Source: Octopus sinensis (Eukaryota). Taken from it: a stretch of 64,000 nt of DNA. Position numbers and translations under genes: made by a program. The stretch lies in contig NC_043018.1 of the NCBI RefSeq assembly GCF_006345805.1, positions 12,772,001 to 12,836,000 of the forward strand, written 5' to 3'. The notes beneath the pieces were generated by a model, which ran no database searches, was not told where the DNA came from, and saw nothing but the letters and a program-made list of their open reading frames with translations. Shown piece after piece: positions 56,347 to 64,000 of the stretch (its first letter is position 1; each line of letters starts with the position of its first letter).

Positions 56347-59300
56347 GTGTATATATATATACATGTATATATATACAGGTGTATATGTATCTATACATGT
56401 GTATATATATATATATATATACACGTGTGTGTGTGTATATATATACATGTATGTATATATGTTTATATATTTGTGTGTATATGTATGTATATGTGTGTTC
56501 TTATATAGTACGTATAGGACTACCTGGTGGTCCCTTCCCCTATCACAGAACTGTGTGAAATCTGTATTGTTGTCTTTGATGTTTGTTTGTATCGGAAGGG
56601 CGGGGAGCTGGAAGAACTGTTGGCATGCCGGGCGAAATGCTTTGCAACATTTCATCCATTGTCACGTTGTGAGTTCAAATTCCGCTGATGTTGACTGTGC
56701 CTTTCATCTTGCCAGGATTGATAAAATAAGGTACCAGTTGAACAGTGGGATCGGTGTAATTGACTTGTCCCTTCCCCTGAAATTGCTGGCCTTGTGTATA
56801 ACACTTGAAACCGATATTTGTTAGTAATTTTACTTGTATATCCTGTTTTAGGTGCTGTACATACACGCAGAACAGCTGCAACAAAAAGATTACGGAAGCA
56901 AAATCGTTCGAAAAATAATGTAAGTAAACAAAATTTGTTTAGTTGACGCCTATAATCTGAAATGTCCATTAGATACTTTGTCCATCTTCTGAAATATCTT
57001 GGCTGGAGTGGATAGCGGCAGTTAAATTTTGAATTCTGATACTTGTTTTTCAAATGAAGCATTTTATATTTCACTATTCTTCACACTCAGTGAAAAGTAA
57101 AATATACATTTCATTGGTTTTATCTTGTATCTGAGAATATAGTTTCTTCTTTGTTGAATGCTTCCTTTATGGTGATAACGTTGATGACTCTGTAGACCAA
57201 TTCTTGCATCGAAGATTTGATGCTATTGACTGAATGGCAATGTTGGTGGAGGACGAGGCTGATTTTGTCAAGCCTTTCTCTCCTGGTAGCATGTACCACG
57301 CTAGGTGCCTGTATAATCACTAGCAGATGCAGACACTCTCTTATATAAGTTATATCCATCGTCACACATATATATATATATCACGTGACCGACCAGGCTA
57401 TCAGATGTTGCTACACATCGCTGGTCACAATGCACTTTGCATTGTTTTAGCCTTCAAATGACGCCACCCTGCTGGCTAAACGAGCAGGCCTACATAAGAA
57501 AGAGTGAGAGAGTACAGCAGGGATCGCCACCACCCCTGGCGGAACCTCGTGGAACTTTAGGTGCTTTCGCTCAATAAAGACTCACAACGCCCGGTCTGGG
57601 AATCGAAAGCGCGATGCTACGACCGCGAGTCCGCTGCCCTAACCACTGGGCCATTGCACCTCCATGTAAGTTATATAATCCCATATTTTTCAATAAAAAC
57701 ATTAACTCAATCCTAATGTTTTCTAGGGCAGCAGAGAAAGCAGGTCAGCCTTGATTGACCAGACTCCTATGATCCATTGTACCTGTGACCACCTGGTCTT
57801 TTCTCTCATAGCTTATCTCAGACTGTATTATTATCAAGTATGTTCACCTTTGTCTTATTTAAAAGATGGTAGGCTGCCATTGATATATTTGGCTATTTCT
57901 AACTGATCGAATGATAAAATAGAGCCTCTTGCAATGGTTTGTATGGAAGTTAGCATTGCAGCCAAGATGTGCAACAGAAAACCTGTTGCCTGGGCTTCAT
58001 GGCAGATCTAGCTTTGATTTCTCTCATATCATTATCAATCAGCTTTCTATGATTGAGTGGATTGGGTACATTTTTTGTTTATTTCCATGGCAACAGCATC
58101 ACCGAGGAGATCATCTAACTCACAAGACTAAAGAGTTCTTGGTATCTGTTTTTCTGCTGATAGCCATAAACAGTTGATTCAAAAGGGCAGAGAACAACCA
58201 GCTGGGAGAGACTTGGTGAATCCTCTGCTATCATTGTTCTCTGCTGGTGACAAGACATTCGGCTTTCAATTTACAGTCCACATTGTATGCAGTTTGATAG
58301 TTTAGAGTGCTGACATCAAATTTGTTTATAGAATGTGTTAACACTGATAGACTAGGATTTAAACTGGCCCCCATATCTGGCCCAAATACTGTACCTATTT
58401 TATGTCCAAAGTAGCAAGATCTGGCCTCTCACACCCACCCTACAATGTTATTCCAAAAAGATAAAATCAAATCACTGTAATCTTGAAGCTTTGATATAAT
58501 GCATGATTAATTGAAAATAATGATTTCAAATTCTGGTACAAGGCCAGCAGGAGGGGGGGGATAACATTTCTCTGTTGAAATATGGTTTCAATTAATTTTG
58601 AAACTAATACTCTCTTACTCTTTTACTTGTTTCAGTCATTTGACTGCGGCCATGCTGGAGCACCGCCTTTAGTCGAGCAAATCGACCCCAGGACTTATTC
58701 TTTGTAAGCCTAGTACTGAGGAATTACAACCAGTTAGGATCCAGTTAGCTCAAGACATCATCAGGAAGAACCATGTCCGGTTTCGGCCCCTACTCCTCTA
58801 CCGTTTTGACGTGGCGGGGCCCCCCCTTTCGGAGGTGTCTTCAGCTCTGGTGTTGGGTGCACGTCTTCTTTTTTCTGTTCCCTGGCATCTTCGATGTATT
58901 GTCAGCCAGTGACTGACTGTCTTGTCAAATTTCTCCCTTTAAATACCTGCCGCATAGGCTCCAGCAGGCAGCCCCAGCAAGTTGTCATGTGACACTGTCT
59001 CACCTTAACTGACTAATGAAAGCACATAGCTTTAGCCCGCGCTTTTTCTAAACGACCGTCACCTGTCAGTCAGCTTGTCTCACCTAATGATGTTATTTCC
59101 CGTCGGCGTGTTTATGACTTTCAAGCCATTTTCGGTCTTCCCGCTTCAGCCATATATAGAAGCTGGCTTTTTCGACCACCTCCTGTACTCTCCTTATTAG
59201 TTTTCGCAGCTCGGGACTAGAAAAGACAAATCTTCTTTTGAAAAGCGTTGTCATTTTCTTTTCAATGAAGCCTCTAGCCCCCACTGCCAGGTGATAATAT

Positions 59301-59805
59301 TCGACATTCCATCCCTGTTCTCTTCGATTAGCTTTTCATACCTCTTCTCTTTCTGTTCTTCTGCATTGCCGATGTTCTCTTCCCAAGGTACTGTCAGTTC
59401 TAGTAAAATTCCCATTCTCTGGTCTCTGTTCCATAGGACTAAATCCGGTCTTTTTGTTGTTTTTATTAGTGGAAATACTAATTGTTTTTCCAAGTCCATG
59501 GCCACCTCCCAGTATCCCTTCCATCTTTCGTCTATCTCGTATACTTTACTTGTAGGCCTGGTTTTATATCCTTTTACCTCCTTGTGGAAGTATACTTTCC
59601 TGCGCTTTTCCACTTTTGGATATTTCTCCCCTATTGTACCTCTCGATCTTCTTGAGTGCTGCGCTTATGACACCGAGGACTTGATTATGCCGCCATGTAT
59701 ATCTTTCAAGTGCTAGTCTGAACCACTAAGTTACGGCGATGTAAACACACCAGCATCGGTTGTCAAACAATGTTGGGGGGACAAACACAGACACACAAAC
59801 ATATA

Positions 59806-59842
<37 letters not shown>

Positions 59843-60751
59843 CGGGCTTCTTTCAGTTTCTGTCTACCAAATCCACTCACAAGGCTTTGGTCAGCCCGAT
59901 GCTATAGTAGAAGACACTTGCCCAAGGTGCCATGCAGTGGGACTGAACACAGACCCATGTGGTTCGTAAGCAAGCTACTTACCACACAGCCACTCCTGTG
60001 CCTAATGAAGAATTTTGTAAAATAACTTCTTATTATTAAACTGCTATTTGGAACTCTATATAATTAACATCAAATTTTAATGGAAGGTTTTAAATTAGAT
60101 AACCTTAGAACACAAAGCACGTATCATAGAGCCAGGACTGATCTCAGTCTAGTTGATATCAAAAGGATTAAACTAGAAAGAAAAACTCAACAACCATTTC
60201 AAGTGTCCACTCAGTCGTATAGTAATAAAGTTCTAAATCAACTTTGGCTAATTTCTTTTCTGCTAATTTTTATTTATTTATTTATTTCCTTTCAGAATAT
60301 TGGCAGTTCAGCAAATGGTAAGAAAACTTCTTTAATTATCAAACTGGGTTGTTTTTATTTGAATAAAATTTTAATGTTTTCATTCAACATCAAATATTTT
60401 CCAGTTTTTGCCCTTTCTGACTTTCGCTTTTTTTCTTTCCTTTTGCCCTTTTGGAGCAACTTTTGTTATCACTATTTAACATTTCTCTCTCTCTCTCTCT
60501 CTCTGCACACTAGGAACAGCATTAGTTTAAAATAAAATATTATATATATTCTTTTATTCTTTTACTTGTTTCAATCATTTGAATGCAGTCATGCTGGAGT
60601 AGCTGTGTAGTAAGTAGCTTGCTTACGAACCACATGGGTCTGGGTTCAGTCCCACTGCATGGCACCTTGGGTAAGTGTCTTCTACTATAGCCTCGGGCCG
60701 ACCAAAGCCTTGTGAGTGGATTTGGTAGACGGAAACTGAAAGAAGCCTGTC

Positions 60752-60791
<40 letters not shown>

Positions 60792-63700
60792 ATGTTTGTG
60801 TGTCCATGTTTGTCCCCTCACATTGCTTGACAACCGATGGTAGTGTATTTACGTCCCCGTAACTTAGCGGTTTGGCCAAAGAGACTGATAGAATAAGTAC
60901 TAGGTTTCCAAAGAATAATTCCTGGGGTTGATTTGCTCGACTAAAGGCAGTCCTCCAGCATGGCCACAGTCAAATGACTGAAACAAGTAAAAGAGTAAAT
61001 CTATAGGGAGAGGAAAATGTGAAATCTATTACATTATTTTAAAATTTTCTTATTTTCCTCTTTTACAGATCCTATATTGATTGCTGATGAACCTATAATT
61101 GAGGTTAGTCGATGACTTTATTTTACCTTCTGTGTTTCCTCCAAACGTTATTGACAAAAAAATTTAGATAATTAGGAAAAACCAACTCAAATTTTTTCAT
61201 ATTAGTTTTGTCTGTTACTGTGCCATGATACTAACCTGTAATTTCTGTGTGAACATTCTGCGAGTCAAGTTGAAAGCAGTGTGTGTTCATCATCATCATC
61301 ATCGTTTAGCGTCCGTTTTCCATGCTAGCATGGGTTGGACGGTTCTACTGGGGTCTGTGAAGCCAGAAGGCTTCATCAGGCCCAGTCTGATCTGGCAATG
61401 TTTCTACGGCTGGATGCCCTTCCTAACGCCAACCACTCCGTGAGTGTAGTGGGTGCTTTTTACGTGCCACCCGCACGTTGCAAATACTAAACGCTAAAAC
61501 ATTACTCACATCTGTAATGTGTTGGTAAATGAATTTTTATCAGTCAACTCAGTGATTCTCAACCACTTTTTACCTTTGATCCCCTTTCATTCCTATTTTT
61601 CTTGGATAGGCTCCCATATACTTTTGATGTTTTAAAAATCCGATTTTCTATTAAATATTAAGAATTGTGTAAAATAAATTGTTACAATATTTTGTGTATT
61701 GAAGAAGTATATATTAGTTTCAAATATATATATATATATAGGTGCATACACACACACACACACATATATATATATAGAGATGTAGAAGTAAATCAGTTAT
61801 ATTAATTTATTGCACATATATTTTAAAATCTTATATAATCCCCTCTGAGGGCCATTTTCTTGTGAGGTGGTCATGGGGAAATCTGACACTGAGGCAGATC
61901 CAGCTGGTTTCCTTGAACATTTCCTCATCCAAGAAGAGGGTTGGCTTCATCGCTTTGAGCCAGAGACAAAAAAACAACCAAGGTTATTTCATTTGCAGGG
62001 AAGGTGATGGCCTCGGTGCTTTTGGGATGCAAAAGGCATTGTGTCTATTGACTATCTTCAAAAGGGTTACACCATAAATGGAGATTACTATAGCAACATG
62101 ATGAGGCAGTTACAGGAGGTTATCAAGAACAATCACTCAGGTAAACTGACGAGAGGGATCTTGCTTCATCAGGTCAATGCTCCAGCATAAAAGCTCTTGC
62201 TTTCAAATGGCTGCTGTGTGACTGTGTCCTTGAATTTGTTGATCAGCCTCCTTATTTTAGTGGTTTGGCTCTATCATCTGTTCCCCAATGTGAAAAACCA
62301 ATTCGCTGGGAACCAGTATCACAGTGATGATGATGATGATGATGTCATATCTGCTGTTGATGGCATTTTTGACCACCAGGATGAAAACTTGTTCACCAAT
62401 GGGATCCAAGCACTGCAACATGGATGAAAGAAGTGTGTGGATCACAAAGGGAACTTTGTTGAAAAATTCACTTCATTTGCTCACATTCCATGAACGTATC
62501 TTGGTCAGCCTATAAACTTTTCAGCTGGCCCTCATATGCAGAAATATTTGCTTAGGAAAATTTTCAATCTTTGGAGTAGGTGTTGCCAGTCCCAACATTT
62601 GCACCTTGGGCAAATGTTTATTCTATAACCTTGGTCCAATCGAAGCCTTGTGAGTGGATTTGGTCGATGGAAACTGAAAGAAGCCCATCATATGATGTGC
62701 GTGTGTTACTGTCTCCTTGCCTTGACTTCATTCATCATCATCATCATTGATAATTGTAAATGAAAGTCGTCGTCATGCAACTGGTGTCCTTCGTTTTCAG
62801 TCTTCTGTTGTAACCAATGTCTGATTATGGGCGATATCACCTTCCTTACAGCATCTGGCCGTAGAAAATCTGCCTCAACAAATTCCATCAGAGCCACACT
62901 AGCATGGACAGAGTGGACATTAAATGATGATGGAGCCTAGATCCATGTTTAATTTAGAAAAGTGAGAGTCATTGGTGTAAATTAGCAAATTTTTCTCAAT
63001 TATTTTTTCACACAATTGAGTAGAATAGAAAAAAAAATTTCAATATTTTTATTGAATTCTAATTTTGCTTTTCTAAATTCTATTTTTACAGAGCAGTTCA
63101 AATAGAGAAAATGTGGCATCGACGTCAGAAACTGAATCAGAGTAGGTTTTCAAAATCTGAATATCTGCCTTTTGTTTTTTTCTAATCTATTTTAATGAAG
63201 AAGGTACAGCATGGGCAAAAGGTTAAGTTTCACAACCACAAAGTCTCAGGTTGGATCCTACCGTGTGGCATTTTGGGCAGATGTCATTTCCTAAAGCCTT
63301 TTGTTGACCCATATCTTGGGACTAAAATTGGGTAGATGGAAACTGTATGCAAGCCTGTCGGGTGGATTGTACTTGTAATACAAAATATATCCAACTGATT
63401 TTATCTGTGAATCACTTTAAGGGTACTCATGTCTGTAGAATGCTTGGCTATGGACATCTTAATTCAGAAAGTAATTCATTTGAACAGCTGAATCCTTATT
63501 GACAAACAGCAAAGATACATGGTTATAATTAATCTTCTTTGAAGGAGATACCCATTTGTATGTCTTGCTCATTTCCCATGTAGCATGTGGTTTAGTGTGC
63601 AATAAAGAATGTTGTACATCTGCTATGAATGTACCCTGTAAACTAAACCAGGGCCAAAACTGGAGTGTGAGGCTTCTTGCTCCAAGTCTACAATAGCCCT

Positions 63701-63984
63701 TACCTATTCTGTCTTCCTTTCTAATTCTGCCAACTATATCTGGCAGTTGGATTGAGCCTGCTGAAAAAGGCCTGCATCATAGCTATGAATAGAGCTTACA
63801 AACCAGAAATCTTTCCAATAAATAACTTTATATCATATATATTAGTCTCAGGTGCAAATATTTTCTCTGTGGTTTTCAAATCATAAATGATTCTAGAATT
63901 TTCCATTTTGTCTTTATTTGTAGATCACAAAGAACCTCCCCAGCAGCTCAGATCTGTCCATTGTGTTTGGAGACATTTGAAAAT
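49404..63984 (+). CDS. RNF4: RNF4-like SUMO-targeted RING E3 ligase, 5' partial (154 aa; the RING continues past the right edge)
   Basis: Exons 49404-49452 (exon acceptor at 49364), 50180-50238, 50866-50890, 53284-53351, 55934-55958, 56852-56919, 60296-60317, 61069-61103, 63092-63141 and 63924-63984. All are GT-AG, in phase and stop-free. Product: MPNFGSRYTANSMEPTYIYDLSDDDGLMSDATTIICDSLSEPTTDNLHDMSCYISDDVVSEESIIICDTPRRITRGAVHTRRTAATKRLRKQNRSKNNNIGSSANDPILIADEPIIESSSNRENVASTSETESESQRTSPAAQICPLCLETFEN. It has several SIM-like motifs, an Arg/Lys-rich segment and a RING start CxxC. The last exon runs phase 2 to 0 and ends just after CxxC, as recalled for human RNF4 (CPICMDGYSE|). Confidence 0.7.
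49589..49817. mobile_element. piggyBac-type MITE, family 2 (221 bp plus TTAA TSDs)
   Basis: TTAA|CCCTTTCGTTAC ... GTAACGAAAGGG|TTAA: a perfect 12 bp TIR with a TTAA duplication. Confidence 0.85.
51125..52270 (+). mobile_element. RTE-clade LINE 3' fragment with (GAT)n tail
   Basis: RCTWCKLWTHKRCS...FVCGRC, FRYLGDQVS and WYGHVMHMD motifs, followed by the family 3' UTR. Confidence 0.8.
52373..52594. mobile_element. Mariner-type MITE (about 220 bp)
   Basis: Imperfect TIRs of about 30 bp: TATGAGGGATGCGGAAGAGTTCCTGGTTT and AAAGCCAGGAACTTTTCAGCACTCCCTCACA. Confidence 0.65.
54930..55260. repeat. About 29-30 bp GC-rich minisatellite built on a CTGGCACAGGCGCCT core
   Basis: Repeated CTGGCAC/AGGCGCCT units attached to a minus-strand RTE tail element. 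Confidence 0.85.
57378..57665 (-). mobile_element. tRNA-derived SINE, family C (GC-rich, little decayed)
   Basis: A-box TGGCCCAGTGG and B-box-like TTCGATTCCC in the head, a non-tRNA body and a (TA)n tail. Confidence 0.7.
58718..59712 (-). mobile_element. HERO-like RLE non-LTR retrotransposon 3' fragment nested in a SINE
   Basis: KRPDLVLWNRDQRMGILLELTVPWEENIGNAEEQKEKRYEKL and GARGF...KASFYIWLKR are typical of the HERO-type RLE C-terminus. A 3' UTR of about 380 nt follows. Confidence 0.75.
60601..60996 (+). mobile_element. Octopus-type tRNA-derived SINE, family A, full length
   Basis: Head with a B-box-like GGGTTCAGTCCC, an internal (TA)n and the 3' tail GAAACAAGTAAAAGAG. Confidence 0.8.
61850..62536 (+). 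mobile_element. Mariner transposase 3' fragment with right TIR
   Basis: GKVMAS...WDAKGI...DYLQKGYTINGDYY and HQVNAPA (HQDNAP) remnants; ends ...AACTTTTCAGCTGGCCCTCATA. Confidence 0.75.
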
Positions 63985-64000
63985 GTAATTATTATTATTT

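Noticed and set aside
57600-57665. tRNA gene
   Set aside because: A and B boxes are present, but the acceptor stem and cloverleaf are not intact, and the head continues into a SINE body and tail.
57830-58330. Possible CR1/L2-type LINE remnants (also about 36390-36650 and 48360-48790)
   Set aside because: Only faint resemblance to RT C-terminal motifs; too degraded to support boundaries or a family call without a database search.
58735-58860. Calling a bona fide hammerhead ribozyme as a feature
   Set aside because: Core words are present, but stems I-III could not be formed canonically by hand. It is kept only as a finding to test.

Overview
AT-rich eukaryotic genomic DNA. The repeat content (tRNA-derived SINEs of the octopus OK/OR type, RTE LINE fragments with (GAT)n tails, abundant AT/AC microsatellites) points to an octopus or other coleoid cephalopod; this is inferred from repeat families. 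Four spliced genes were reconstructed by hand from GT-AG sites and codon phase. (1) The 5' part of an RCCD1-like gene on the minus strand, running off the left edge. (2) A complete 11-exon PSMD4/Rpn10 gene (+, 4645-21704, 404 aa), head-to-head with RCCD1 across under 300 bp. (3) A complete 3-exon RNF103/Kf-1 RING-H2 ligase gene (-, 39193-27287, 722 aa), convergent with PSMD4. (4) The 5' part of an RNF4-like SUMO-targeted ubiquitin ligase gene (+, ATG 49404, continuing past the right edge), divergent from RNF103. The most unusual structure is the RNF4-like N-terminus. It is built from nine 22-68 nt exons; seven of them alternate strictly in phase, and they include a clearly duplicated two-exon SIM-like module. 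Introns and intergenic DNA contain degraded RTE LINEs (with a PHD-like finger inside the RT region), HERO-like and R4/Dong-like RLE retroelement 3' ends, mariner relics, piggyBac-type and other MITEs, tandem Helitron-like elements and a foldback element. No rRNA, true tRNA or CRISPR array is supported. Comparisons to human proteins and exon sizes are recalled from memory and were not computed.
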